NCBI RefSeq assembly: GCF_902459465.1
Contig: NC_047075.1
Coordinates: forward strand, 9,796,001 to 9,860,000
Source of the DNA: Asterias rubens
Lineage: Eukaryota
DNA length: 64,000 bases
Direction of reading: 5' to 3'
In this document: piece after piece, positions 23,048 through 36,263 of the stretch
Layout of the letters: every line of letters begins with the position of its first letter
How positions within the stretch are numbered: the stretch's first letter is position 1
Program-made: the position numbers and the translations under genes
The notes under the pieces: model-generated
Told to the model about the DNA's origin: nothing
The model's input: the letters and a program-made list of their open reading frames with translations, nothing else
Databases searched by the model: none

Positions 23048-23502
23048 CAATTTAACAATATTGTAACTGGAATTCATTGCAGTAAACTGAAAAATTCCTG
23101 AGGTTAAAACGACATCAAATTGACTTTATAACAAAGTAATTTCCAGGGGCGGGATTGTCCAAGATAAGTAACTGTCATAACCATCGCTTAACATTTTAAA
23201 ACGAGATGACTGCAATAAATGACTCAAACTGGAACCCGTTTGTTATATTGATTTTGATACAACTTGTAGTCAACAATTGGAGCTACTCAGTGGACTACAA
23301 TGGGAAAAAGAGCCAATGTTCTGCGTGTCAATCCAAGATGATTTGGAAGAAGTAAAGAGCTGTGTATATCACATTGGGTGCTACTTCAGATGTTCAGTCA
23401 TCAAATGCAAACTTGCTATGTAGGGCGCCACAAGGAGTGTCATGGCACTCATGGTGTCAACAATCTAGCTCTCCGCGTTTACAATTTACGTTTTATTGCC
23501 CG

Positions 23503-23886
23503 TTAAAGGCAGTGGACACTATTGTTAATTACTCAAAATTATTCTTTGCATAAAACCATTCTTGGTGACGAGTAATGGGTAGAGTTTGATGGAATAAAAC
23601 ACTGTGAGAAACGGCTCCCTCTGAAGTGTCATAGCTTTCGAGAAAGATGTATGTTTCCAAAATTTGATTTCGAGACCTCAGAATTAGAACTTGAGGTCTC
23701 GAAATCAACCATCTAAACGCACACAACTTCGTGTGGTAATGATTATTTTTCTGTCACTATTATCTTGAAACTTCGATGACCGATTGAGCTAAAATATCAC
23801 AGGTTTGTTACTTTATGCATATGTTGAGATACACAAACTGTGAAGACTTGTGTTTGACAATTACCAATAGTGTGTATTGCCTTTAA
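23503..23886 (+). mobile_element. Kolobok/T2-like TTAA MITE
   Basis: ttaaaggcagtggacac ... gtgtgtattgcctttaa. Confidence 0.9.
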
Positions 23887-24955
23887 ATTAATATCGAACC
23901 GAGAGCCGATTAATTTTACCCAGGCGCCAATATTGCTCTGAGCTACTTTGTGGAATCGACCAATGGTTCCTTTGTTGTGTGTGTGGGTGCTGTGAGGTGC
24001 CGAATGGAGGCCAAAATAAGAGATCGTAATTTCTCCGGGCGTGCTTTCAAGCTTTTTGAAAATCACACCATGACAAGATCTATAGAATCATTACGGAGTA
24101 ACGGAGTGCGTCACATGATTCCCGTCATGTATTGGGAATCTAAATTAGTATCGAGCCCCCTTGAATTGTGTGGGCGGCGCGTGAGTTACGTAGGTGTGTA
24201 CGCTGTGAGTTGCAAAATGGAGGCCGAAATGATCAATCTAAATTTCTCTGGGCGTGCTTTTTCAAGCATGTGAAGATGGATTAATTATAAAACCGCGAGC
24301 AGATAAATGTCCATTACGGAGTATGTGCATGCACGGAAATTACGTCGCATCGTGTTGAACTTTCGGCACCGTAGCTTTCCTCGCTTCTGAGTGGCTTGGT
24401 TATAATGTGTGTTCATGTTTTATTCATGAGTCAATAACAGTCCAGCCAATCAAAGTGTGCGCATTTTAGCAGACGATATCAGGCGGGCTGCAAAAGAGAA
24501 AAAGGAGACCACAACTTGTGTGCGATGCAACCGTTTGGGTTGACTCTGTCTCTCTGAAAAGAACTTCATTTGTATCAACAGCGAGCTGTACCATATCTCG
24601 TTGCGTGTAAGCTGCCATTTTGGGTGTTCATCTTCGCAGAACTGTTCATCGGTGCATCAACATAAAGTGTTCACCCAAATCAGTTGGTTTGTTTTCCTTC
24701 GTCACCTTATATGGAGAACGGACCTCCAATTGTTACAAGTTAACAGGTCATCTTTGTAGATTTGTTGGACATATACAGGTAGACGTCAAAACTGCAACTT
24801 TAATTATGAATGACAAATATGTAGTCTTATAGTAACATCAACCTGATGGGAAACACTTTCGGTGTCTCAACTTCAACTACTAATCATCAAAACAACTATG
24901 ATGGTTCAAAAATGGACAACTAATATACTAGGTAGAAATAATTAGTAGCGTCAAA

Positions 24956-25465
24956 ATGTATGTTTTGCTCCTCGTAACGTTCACTGCATTGCTAGATAGC
25001 TCTTGTATTCGAGCGGTTGTATCTCAAGATCAGCAATGTTCTACTTTTATGAGAGACGACTCAACATGTCCAGAGTCTTGGCATTACTGGGGAATCTCAT
25101 GCTACAAGATCACTGAGACGGCATTTACCTGGGCAGATGCTAAAGAAGAGTGCAGAAACCTGGGTGGCGTTCTGGCTGCACTTAGCTCCAATCAAGAAAA
25201 CGAGTTTATAGCGCAAGTGGTTTCAGCTGATTGGATATGGATCGACTGTAATGATCTAGAGGTGGAGGGGAGATGGAAGTGCAGAGATGGTAACGTCGAG
25301 GTCGCTTACAGAAACTGGTTTGAAGGAGAACCGAATAGCGCAGGCGTAGGTGAAGATTGTGCGGTCGTAGCTACATGGGGAGACAAGCAATGGCATGATG
25401 TTAGTTGCAGCCGAAAGGAGAAAGCTATTTGTAAAATGGCTGGCAGACCAGTCCTTCACAAGTGA
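24956..25465 (+). CDS. C-type lectin L3 (EPN/WHD)
   Basis: Intact 169-aa ORF with signal peptide and CTLD motifs. Confidence 0.92.
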   Translation: MYVLLLVTFTALLDSSCIRAVVSQDQQCSTFMRDDSTCPESWHYWGISCYKITETAFTWADAKEECRNLGGVLAALSSNQENEFIAQVVSADWIWIDCNDLEVEGRWKCRDGNVEVAYRNWFEGEPNSAGVGEDCAVVATWGDKQWHDVSCSRKEKAICKMAGRPVLHK

Positions 25466-25521
25466 ATAATTCAACATCGAAGCTTATGAGTCATGGTACT
25501 CAGTTGATATCAAGGTGCGTT

Positions 25522-25663
25522 TTAAAAGCAGTGGACACTATTGGTTATTACTCAAAATAATTATTAGCATTTTCCACAGGTTTATTATCTTATGCATATG
25601 TTGAGATACACCAACTGTAAAGGCTAGTCTTTGACAATTTCCAATGGTGTCCACTGCCTTTAA
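25522..25663 (+). mobile_element. Internally deleted TTAA MITE (142 bp, both TIRs kept)
   Basis: ttaaaagcagtggacactattgg ... ccaatggtgtccactgcctttaa. Confidence 0.8.
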
Positions 25664-27066
25664 GTAACGTTTCTCGATCGGTGTATTCCTATCATGTTTT
25701 ATTCATCTTATTCGCTACGGATTTTCGGCGATATCCCCAAAACGCAACCAGATTTTAAAATTTAACTTTCCATATGTAAGTTTTATTGAACACATCTTTA
25801 CAATTAATTATAAGAGATTCGAAAGGATACAAAAACCCAAGACTTTGCCTTAAAATCTCGCGGCAAAGATTGATGTTGAAGAGATTTTCGTGATCTTGTC
25901 TTTTAGCCCTTCCCGGGTTCCGTATCACAGTCTGTTTGAAAACAAGTTTCTTTGTTTGCATAATTTCCAACTCGTTACTTCATATCATATTTTTATGCCG
26001 GCGACTTATGTGGCTGACCAAAATACACGATGGCATACGTCACTACTGAGTGGTACTTGAATAAACTTATTTCTGGAGTAACCCTGGCCGTATATTGCAG
26101 GTTTTAATATCAATATCAAGCGACGTGACTTTAATTAGCTTCGGTTTGTATCGATAGATAGAGTTTGTTGAGGCGTTTCCTTGACCTTATTTCCTGTTTG
26201 TCAGTATCTTGCCTTTGTCGATGGATTACAGATTTGTGTTACTCGTGGAGCGTACAATTGTTTGGAGGCTAAGTTTGTAGAGATTTTATATAATTTCCAA
26301 TCCAGATAGAATACCAAACACGTTTGGTTTGTGACTAAAGCTAATTGGTCTATAACGTCATCACAACAAATAGTGGCGTGTGAATGGTTAGACCGCTGTT
26401 CGTGCTCATGTTTATTCATGAATTATCGTTGGCGTTAGCCAATCAAAGTGTGCGCATTTTAGAAGGAGAAATCAGGATCCCGGGCGGTTGCGAAACAGAA
26501 ATAGGAGATAACACAACTTGTCTGCGATACAACCGTTTGGGTCGACTTTGTCTCCCTGAGAAGAACATCATCGTATGAAGAGCTGTATATTATGTTATTA
26601 TATCGTGTCAGCTGCAGTTGGATGTTCATCTGAGAAGAACATTATTCTGAGACATTGTATCTTATTATGCCATATCGAGTAAACTGTCATCGTGTGTCCA
26701 TCTTCGCTGTACGTCATTATTGTTACAACATTAATTTGTCACACCATTCAGAGAAGGTGACTCTACACCAACGAATCACCACTTATTTGAGAGTTTGTTC
26801 GCCCAGGCAGCTTGAGTATTTCCTCCGAAGCTTCCCAAGGGGTAAGGATCTCGAAACTTCAACACGGCAGAAAGGACATGTTTGTCAAAACCTAACATAA
26901 ACTCATAAATGAAATACATGATGTGAGTCAAAAGAATAATTATCAACATCCATGCGACAGATGCAACCTTCGGTAAATTCTTCTGGATGGTCAACAGTTT
27001 AAACAGTTCAAATTTACAAATAGTTACAAATTAATCTGATGTCCACTCATCAACTACAGCGTCAAC

Positions 27067-27567
27067 ATGTTCATGTTCTTCATATTATTATTCACTGCCG
27101 TGCTAGAAAGCTGCTGTTTTGAAACTTCTCAAGACCAGCAATGCTATACATTTATGTATGACGACTCATCATGTCCGGAGTCTTGGCATTACTGGGGAAA
27201 TTCATGCTACCAGATCACTGAGACGGCATTTACCTGGTCAGATGCTAAACGGGAGTGTAGAAACATGGGTGGTGTTCTGGGTGTACCAAGCTCTGATGAA
27301 GAAAACGAGTTTATAGGGCAATTAGCTGATGGGGTAGTATGGATCGACTGTAATGATTTAGAGGAGGAGGGGAGATGGAAGTGCAGAGAGGGTAACGTAG
27401 AGGTCGCTTACAGAAACTGGATGTCCGGAGAACCGAATGACGTGGACGATGAAGATTGTGCGTTCGTTACTCCAAGGGGAAACAATCATCAATGGTTTGA
27501 TTGGAGTTGCAGTAGATCAGTGAGAGCAATTTGCAAAATGGCTGCTAGACCAGTCCTTCACGCTTGA
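27067..27567 (+). CDS. C-type lectin L4 (EPN/WFD)
   Basis: Intact 166-aa ORF with signal peptide and CTLD motifs. Confidence 0.92.
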   Translation: MFMFFILLFTAVLESCCFETSQDQQCYTFMYDDSSCPESWHYWGNSCYQITETAFTWSDAKRECRNMGGVLGVPSSDEENEFIGQLADGVVWIDCNDLEEEGRWKCREGNVEVAYRNWMSGEPNDVDDEDCAFVTPRGNNHQWFDWSCSRSVRAICKMAARPVLHA

Positions 27568-28643
27568 GCATGTTAAACATTGAAGTTTCGTGTCGTCGTA
27601 CTTTTAGTTGAAATATGTGTTGAAATGGAGAACTCCCTAAACCCAAAACGACACCAATGAGCGCTTATTGTTTAAACCAAATCGGTCCAACTCATAATTG
27701 TGGCATAGCTTCTGGTTGAGTTTGAAGTGGCAAGACATTTCAAGTACAGGGTGGTGTTGAACAATCCCTCCAGGGGAATCGAGTATTTATGACATTTATG
27801 AAGAAATATCATGCTTAGCAAATTGTTTTAATGGGCAGCTCTATGAAGTTGGGCCCGGATTCTTAGTGAGAACAAGTTTTCCGTGAAAGCTAATTTCACG
27901 AAATACTTGGTAATGTTTTCAGTAACAACAGCTGCGTCTGAAAGCAGTCTCGGTGTTCAAGATTTATTTTTTTTCCTGAAACTTTCTGAGTCCGTTGCGT
28001 ATTAAAATAAATTACTGAGTTTATTATTGGTAATTACTCAAAAAAATAAAACCTTTCTTGATTACCAGTAATTGGGAGAGGTTGATGGTATTGAACATTG
28101 TGAGAAACAGCTCCCTCTGAAGTGACGTTTTTTTTCGAGAAAGAAGTAATTTTCCACACATTTGATTTCGAGACCTCAAATTTAGAATTTGAGGTCTCGA
28201 AATCAAGCATCAGAAAGCACACAACTTCGTATGACGAGGGTGTTTTTTCTTTCACTATTATCTCGCAACTTCGACGACCGATTGAGCTAACATTTTCACA
28301 AGTTTGTTATGTTATGCATATGTTGAGGTACACCAACTGTGAAGACAAATCCTCGACAATTATCAATAGTGTCCACTGTCTTTAGGAACAAAGTACAGTA
28401 GACACCAGGTGCAGCAGTTCTTGCTTTCATTACATTTCTTTGTGTCAATTTAGAATTCTAATTGAAATTTGTGTTGTTACGGTGTGTACTAGACAGTACT
28501 CAGAAACTTTATGACGTATTAATTCAGAGCAAAAATAGTGTCAGAAGTTTTGGAACGCTGGGACTTTGCTAAGATCATCCCATAACAACGATTACTTTTG
28601 TTTAGTAGACACTATAGTGGTTGCTTTTATCAAACCTCTTGTG

Positions 28644-29036
28644 TTAAAGGCAGCGGACACTATTGGTAATTACTCAAAATAACTGTTAGCATAAAACCTT
28701 ACTTGGTAACGAGTAATGGGAGAGGGTGATAGTATAAAACATTGTGGGAAACGGCTCCCTCTGAAGTTAGCTAGTTTTCGAGAAAGAAAAAAAAAGGAAT
28801 TTTCTACGAATTTGATTTGGAGACCTCAAGTCTAGAATTTGAGGTGTCGAAATCAATCATCTAAAAGCACACAACTTCGTGTGACAAGGGTGTGATTTTC
28901 TTTCATAGTTATCTCGCAACTCCGATAACCAATCGAGCTAAATTTCTTACAGGTTTGTTATTTTATGCATATGTTGAGATACACCACGTGAGAAAACTGG
29001 TCTTTGACATTTACCAATAGTGTCCATTGTCTTTAA
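28644..29036 (+). mobile_element. TTAA MITE with an empty paralogous site
   Basis: ctcttgtgTTAA[MITE]TTAAatcaatgaat here, versus ctcttttgTTAAatcagtgaat at about 42170 in the duplicated block, which demonstrates the TTAA TSD. Confidence 0.92.
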
Positions 29037-29588
29037 ATCAATGAATATTTTTTGTGATCTATAGTCGTACAGCTTGTAGTGTTTGTAAAGTCAGTCTAAC
29101 AGATAATTAAGAAACAAAATGATTATGTTTATCAGAATTGATGTTGTGATGTTGTTGTATCAGACAGTACTTAAATGTTTCACAAAACGTATTATTTAAA
29201 ATGTTTAAAACAATCGCTATGACGGTCATATTGGCTTTATTTATTAGTTAGTATACAAAAACAACGGAACACGTTTTATTGTTCTCAAAAGGGTTGCGTT
29301 TGTGTTAAACACATTCATGTTTAAGTTGCTGCAATCATTTGCTGATTTGTTTTTAACATGCTATTTCCCCCACTTTGTACATTATGTCAGGCAGAAATTA
29401 GAAAAGAATAGGGAACCACCAACATGAACTTAATGAAGAATATCAAACTGAAACTAGAAATGTTTTCATGTGAAAAAAAGGGATTTGTTTCTCTTAAACA
29501 TCAGTCAAAATGAGAACACATTGGTCAGGTTGTTAATCATCTTCTTGTGAGCAATTAAAGTGAAAATTGTGAGTTATTGTAGTTTTAA

Positions 29589-30080
29589 GAGTGGAATGGG
29601 AGGAATATTATCGCAAGGTAAAATTTTGACTGTTCCATTTCACTCGGCTTCGCCTCGTGAAATGGAACAGTCCAAATTTTACCGAGCGATAATATTCCTT
29701 CCAGTCCATGAATAAAAGCAACTCAATATTTATTTTATATAACTGACATATAGATCTCTGTCATTATTTTGATGTATTTTAAAAGTTACGTAGAACATTA
29801 TGAAAAAATCACACAAATTACTGACAACCAAAAGTAATATAGTAACAATGCACAAATCGGATCACAACCTTTTGCACAGTGCTCCTATGTTTTACCAGCG
29901 GCGCGGCGGTGCTGTACTGCTCAAAAACATTGGGAACAAGGATGATCCTAACTGTTGAATGGGAAATGCTATTCCCCATGGGCGAATAGGTCTTTTTGAT
30001 CGCCGGTGCGGATGGGAGTAATAGTGAATGTCAAGTGAAGTAAGTTCCACCAATCAAATGACAATGATATGTATGTCAGT
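29589..30080. mobile_element. Palindromic non-autonomous element: about 55-bp-arm hairpin plus a tataactgaca...tgtcagttata-bounded segment (paralogues at about 34569-35020 and 42878-43380)
   Basis: ggaggaatattatcgc...gactgttccatttcac / gtgaaatggaacagtc...gcgataatattccttcc arms; inverted termini atataactgacata / tatgtcagttata. Confidence 0.65.
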
Positions 30081-31673
30081 TATACAATATAAAACATTGT
30101 GATAAACCGCTCACATTGAAATATCATAGTTTGGGAGAAAGAGTTAATTTCTCACTCAAATAATAAAATACTTCAGCTGAAGCCTTTTATTCGGCATCTA
30201 AAAGCACACAAAGTAATGCAACAAGGAATTTTTTTTTTTATATTCTCTTGCAAATTCGATGAACTATTGAACTCAAATTAATTTCACATATTTGTTATTT
30301 TATGCATATGTTGGGATAAACCAAGTAATATTACTGGTCTTTGACAACAAACGTGTGAAGTGAATTTAAAAAATGTGTTGCATGGTTGACACTATTTACA
30401 CCAATAAACTTGTGTTTAGTAAGTTGAAACTATTTAAAGCACTTGTTTGAGGGAGTTTAAAACTAGAAAGGCACTCAACTTGATATGTTAATAATATATT
30501 CATATGTGTATTAAAAATTGTAGTATGTAATAGGTAAGTGTTATTGTGATTTAATTAATGTTGGAAAATGTGAATAGACTTGCATCGTACAGCGGATGGA
30601 TTGATTTGGACCCCAGGTAGCCTTCACACATTAAACAGGAAAACATGCAATAGACCCCCCCCCCGCTAATTTCATGTTTTTAGGTTGAAATAGCTGCATG
30701 CATAGATCGAACCACGCCAGACAGCAGCACTGTTGTATTAATAGTCACTTAAAGGACGTGTTAGAGCATCCTTGGCATTAATATCAAATTAATATATTTT
30801 TCTGAGTGATGTAGGAAATTTGAGACCATGACCGGGTATAATAAATCAACTCACTGAAGTGTGAAGCAACCTATTATTTCCACACGTACATCACGACTCG
30901 ATAACAATGGCTTTAGTCAGTGACCGTAACAAACTAAAACAAATCATTGTTCCACTCTCTTACTGCTTTCATATTCCTTTTTTAAGGGTGGCCTCGCTTA
31001 CTAGTAATGGAGCACGCTCCATAAGCAGTTTAGGAATTTCGGACTCGAATGACAAACCCCATACCGACAATATGATTGGTTGACTATTTTGGTCACAGAA
31101 CTGCAACCGCTGCTTATTGGTCTAACTATTGTAAGCCCCGCCTCTAGTGGTAATGATTATTCATGAGGCACTACTGTGAAGGGCAGTTTGCTTTATAGGC
31201 TTATACGCTCGAATTTATCAATATTCATGATTAAGTGTTGGTGTTAGCCAATCAAAGTGTGCGCATTACAGCAGGCGATATCAGAATCGGGCTTGGTTGC
31301 GAAACAGAATTATGAGATATCACAACTCGTCTGCGATGCAACCGTTTGGGTTGACTTTGTCTTTCTGAGAAGAACCCCATTCGTTATATGGAGAGCTGAA
31401 CCTTTTAACAATTCGCGTAGACCGACGTTGTGTGTTCGTGTACCGCGAGCTATTCCATTGATGTGAAAACCCCATTGCAACTCTTTTTAAGAAACCGCGA
31501 TATGATTTGACTCTTGAGCATACAGAGAGGGAAACTCAATACGAGAGAACCATGCCAGCGTGCACATGGAACAGTCTGCCCAGGGAATAGTACAATAAAG
31601 ATGATATCGTTTGCAACGTTGTTTGTACCAAGGGCCGATACAATTCAACTTACAGTGTGAACATTGTCTCATT

Positions 31674-32195
31674 ATGTTGTGTTTTCTGACCTTAATAATT
31701 TCAACGGTTTTGCTAAATACCTCTTGTTTTGGAGTGGTTGCATCACAAGACCAGCAATGCCATACATTTATGTATGACGACTCATCATGTCCGGAGTCTT
31801 GGCATTACTGGGGAATCTCATGCTACATGATCACTGGGACGAAATTTACCTGGGCAGATGCTAAAGAAGAGTGTATAAGCATGGGTGGCGTTCTGGCAGT
31901 ACCAAGCTCTGATCAAGAACACGATGTTATTGTAAACTTGATGCTAGAGAATACCAATGTGTTGATCGACTGTAATGATCTACAGGTGGAGCGGAGTTGG
32001 AAGTGTGGAGAGGGTAACGTAGAGGTCGCTTACAGAAACTGGCGTTCCGGAGAACCGAATAACGCAGGCGAAGGTGAAGATTGTGCAACCATGTCTACAT
32101 CTTGGGGAACTAAGGGTCAATGGATTGATGTGAGTTGTAGTAAATTATACACAGCTATTTGCAAAATGGCTGGCAGACCAGTCATTCACGTGTAA
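31674..32195 (+). CDS. C-type lectin L5 (EPN/WID)
   Basis: ATG at 31674 within ORF 31611-32195; signal peptide and CTLD; the conserved W of VWIDC is replaced (VLIDC). Confidence 0.9.
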   Translation: MLCFLTLIISTVLLNTSCFGVVASQDQQCHTFMYDDSSCPESWHYWGISCYMITGTKFTWADAKEECISMGGVLAVPSSDQEHDVIVNLMLENTNVLIDCNDLQVERSWKCGEGNVEVAYRNWRSGEPNNAGEGEDCATMSTSWGTKGQWIDVSCSKLYTAICKMAGRPVIHV

Positions 32196-32455
32196 CAGTT
32201 TCAGCATCAAAGCCAATCAAGTTAAGCAGGTACTTGACATTTTAGCATGTTAATGGAAAGCTCAAACAACACAAAATTACCTTTCTTTTTAAAACCGTGG
32301 ACTTTGTTAAAGTATGGATTCCAAGCATCGTCCGATGATTTTTCCCTGATTGAACTGAAAAGTAACAATATTTCAGTAACTAACATTTGCCCATCGTCAG
32401 ACATTTGACTGGATTGTTTACACTTGCACAATGCTTAAACAAAACCCCAAACCCA

Positions 32456-33268
32456 CAACCTACTGAGGACTTCGCAGATGCTCACTGCCACGTGGATCGG
32501 TTATTGCATATTACACACAGCAATGGGACACTCAGTCAGTTCATGAAAACCGAAGGCATCGAGTGCCAAAACCTCCGCGGCTGCGTCGCAGTCTTCTGCG
32601 ACGAATCTACATTCAGCGACCAAAACAGACGGTTGGAACTGGTGTCCGATAACCTGGTCCACGCGGCAGTGGGATACCACCCAAAACAAGCGGCAAATTT
32701 TACTCCCAAGTCCAAACAAACAATCATACACCGGATGAACCACCCGAAAGTTTGCGCATTGGGAGAAATTGGGCTTGACTACTCGGGCAGACACATTCGA
32801 ACCAAGTTAGTCCAGCAGACGGTTTACAAACGTCTCCTGAAGCTTGCAGTTGAGTTAGACAAACCAATAGTAGTGCATTGTCGGGATGCAGAAGACGACT
32901 GTTTGAAAATTGCCATAGAAACCATCCCCCGAAATTGGAAAATTCACTTACATTGTTTTACTCAAGATTGGGGAAGGGCTAAAAAATGGTTGGCACATTT
33001 CCCTAATTTGTTCATAGGGCTGACCCTGCTTGTCTCTGGGAAAAATGCGGGCGTGAGGAGTGTCGCCTAACAGATTCCCCTCAGCCGACTCCTGTTGGAG
33101 ACGGATGCCCCGTATTTTCCTCACAAGCATGGTAAGTCCTACAGCAATCCGACCATAGCTAAACTGCTGGCCCTAGAAATAGCCCACATTCGAAACATTC
33201 CCATCCAAGAAGTCCTCGCCCACTGCCTCAGAAACACATAGACGGTTTACAACAAAAATTTGCCATGA
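32456..33268 (+). pseudogene. Intronless TatD-family nuclease (TATDN2-like C-terminal domain), two nonsense codons, no ATG
   Basis: Motifs DAHCH, FCD, VGYHP, GEIGLDY, VHCRDA, IHLHCF. Continues past TAA 33068-33070 as QIPLSRLLLETDAPYF, and past TAG 33239-33241 to TGA 33266-33268. Confidence 0.88.
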
Positions 33269-35921
33269 TATTAAGTTAATTCTTGATGTTTGAGCAATCG
33301 CTAAGAGCACGACTCTGTGTATAACAACATAACAGAAGATAAATACACCACAAGTTGAACGGAATTTGTTTGCTCATGTGATAATAATGGGCTCAAGGTA
33401 CGTACGTGCGCTGTGATGTGACAAACGTTTAGTACAAACCTTACCTTAGGTTGCACACTGAAGTACAAGTGCCCTGAACTACACCAAGATAAGTCATTTT
33501 TCAATGAAAGCTAATAACACTATTTACTTGGTTAAGAATGGCATGTAAGCTGCATCTGAAACCAGTCTCTATCTGAGATTTATGTGTTATTATTCCTGAA
33601 ATTTTCTGAGTCCGTTTCGTATTAAAATAAATCACTCATTTACATCTTATGAAGCAAGTTAACAGACTGCGCAATGGCGCCTTTATTGATGAAGAATATA
33701 GTACAGTAGACACAAGTGCATTAGTTGTTTCTTTCATTACATATCTTTATAACAATATTTAGTAAAAACTAAATTGCAATTTGTGGTTTTAGTGTCCGTG
33801 ATGTTAGTCTTCTGGAACATTTTGAAATCAATCAATGCTCATTAATATTTATGTTGTAACAGTCTTTATCAGACAGTACCCAGAGACTTCATGAACATTT
33901 CAATTAGAGCCAGAAAAGTTACAAGAAATGGGATAACGGTGGTACTTTGCTTCGATCATCTCATGAAAAAAATACTTAATTCAATAGACACACAAGTGCA
34001 ACAGTGGTTACTTTTATCACACCTCTTGGGTTGATTCAGTGAATATTAGTTGTGATCTATAGTTGTACAACTTGTAGTGGTGGTGATGTCAGTCTTACAG
34101 ATATTTAGGAAACAACATGATCATGTTTTATTGTAATTGCTGTTTTAATGGTGTTGTAGCAGAGAGTACTCACAGATTTCATCAAATTTTGTTGTCGATT
34201 CTTTTTAAACAATTGCAATAACGGTCATAAATTATCTCTTTCTTGTAAAACAAAAACTGGAAAGCTTTCAGGTCTTCACAAGGGATGCGTTTGTTTTCAA
34301 CACATGCTTGTTTTAATTGCTGAAGTCAAAATGAGAACACATTGGTCAGGTTGTTAATCATCATCTTGTGAGTATTAGAGTGAAAATTGTGAGTTATTGT
34401 AGTCTTAACTTTAACTTTAAAAAGTGATTGATTCAGTTCAATGTATCATGTAAAGAGACCCCATGCACTTCGACTTTACTACCTAAAGGCACCTGAAACT
34501 ATTGGTAATTCCTAAAAAAATAATTGTTAGCAATGCAGGGGTAAAGTATACAAATATTGAGTGGCTCAGAGTGGAATGGGAGGAATATTATCGCAAGGTA
34601 AAATTTTGACTGTTCCATTTCACGAGGCAAAGCCGAGTGAAATGGAGCAGTCTAAATTGTAACGAGCGATAATATTCCTTCCAATCCACGAATTAAAGCC
34701 ACTCAATACTTGTTATATATAACTGACATATAGATCCTTGTTATTTGATGTATTTCCAAATATAGCGCCGCGTAGCGGCAACAATGCACAAATCTGATCA
34801 CAACCTTTTGCACAGGTGCTCCTATGTTTTACCAGCGGCGCGGCAGCGTTGTACTGCTCAAAAACATTGGGAACAAGGAAGATCCTAACTGTTGAATGGG
34901 AAATGCTATTCCCCATGGGCGAATAGGTCTTTTTGATCGCCGGTGTGGATGGGAGTAATAGTGAATGTCACGTGAAGTAAGTTCCACCAATCAAATGACA
35001 AGGATCTGTATGTCAGTTTATAATTATAAAACATTGTGATAAACGGCTCACAATGAAATAACATAGTTTGGGAGAAAGAGTTAATTTCTCACTCAAATAA
35101 TATAAAAAAAAATCAACTGCAGGCTTTTATTCGGAATCTGAAAGCACACAACGTAATGCAACAAGGGTGTTTTTCTTTCAGCATTGTCTTGCAAATTCGA
35201 TGACCAATTGAACCCAAATTTTCACAGATTGGTTATTTCATGCATATTGTTGGATACACAAAGTAAGAATACTGGTCTTTGACAACAAACGTGTCCAGTG
35301 AATTTAAAAAATGTGTTGGTTGACACTTTTTTACATCAATAAACTTGTATTGTTAGTAAGTTGCAACGATTAAAAGCACTTATTTGAACGAGTTGAAACT
35401 ATAAAGGCACTAAACTTGATATTTTAATAATATATTCATATGTGTATTAACATTTGTAGGATGTAGTATTTTATTGCGATTAAATTATTGTTGGAAAATG
35501 TGAACCTCACAACAATAGACTTGCATCGTACAGTGGATGAACTTATTTGGACCCCAGGTAGCATACACACATTAAACAGGAAAAGATGCAATAGACCTCC
35601 CCCCACCACAAGCAACAAGAAAAAGAAAAAACAATGCTAATTTTATTTGTGTAGATTGAAATAGCTGCATGCATAGATCTAACCATGCCAGACAGCAGCA
35701 CTGTTGTATTAATAGTCACTGTAGGACGTGTTGTTAGAGCAACCTTGGCGTTAATATCAAATTAAGATATTTTTTCCCTGAGCGATGCAGAGATTTTAGA
35801 CCGTGACCGGGTATAAGCAATCAACTCTCTGAAGTGTGAAGCAACCTATTATTTCCACACGTACACCAGGACTCGACAACAATGGCTTTAGTCAGTGACC
35901 GTAACAAATTAAAAACTTAAT

Positions 35922-36263
35922 TGGTCCGCTGTAGACGAGTGTAGAAACCTGGGTGGTGTCCTGGCGGTACCAAGCTCCGATCGACAAAACGAGTTTAAAG
36001 GGCAATTTGTACCAAAGGATGAAAATGTATGGTTTGACTGTAATGATCTAGAGGAGGAGGGGATGTGGAAGGGCAGAGAGGGTAACGTTGAGGTCGCTTA
36101 CAGAAACTGGCGCACCGGAGAACCGAATAACTGGCAAGATGAAGATTGTGTGGTCTTGTCTATGGGTTTGGGTGCAGATAAGCGCCAATGGGTTGATGGG
36201 AGTTGCAGTAATTCAGTGAGGGCCATTTGCAAAATGGCTGGCAGACCTGTCCTACACGTTTGA
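35922..36263 (+). pseudogene. C-type lectin L6, 5'-truncated pseudogene (EPN/WVD)
   Basis: Starts abruptly at W..DECRNLGGVLAVPSS, fused to upstream flank; promoter module and signal peptide deleted; WKC changed to WKG. Confidence 0.88.

Larger units (their letters stand above)
27930..31760 (+). repeat. Segmental duplication unit, copy A (paralogous to about 33545-35905, about 41700-44900 and partly 18620-20110)
   Basis: Long colinear near-identity, e.g. agtacagtagacaccaggtgcagcagtt at 28392 and 41843, continuing through the lectin promoter and signal peptide. Confidence 0.9.

Noticed and set aside
33068-33241. Stop-codon readthrough or alternative genetic code in TatD
   Set aside because: Other genes here terminate at TAA and TGA normally, the two stops are different codons, and the start is missing; ordinary decay fits better.
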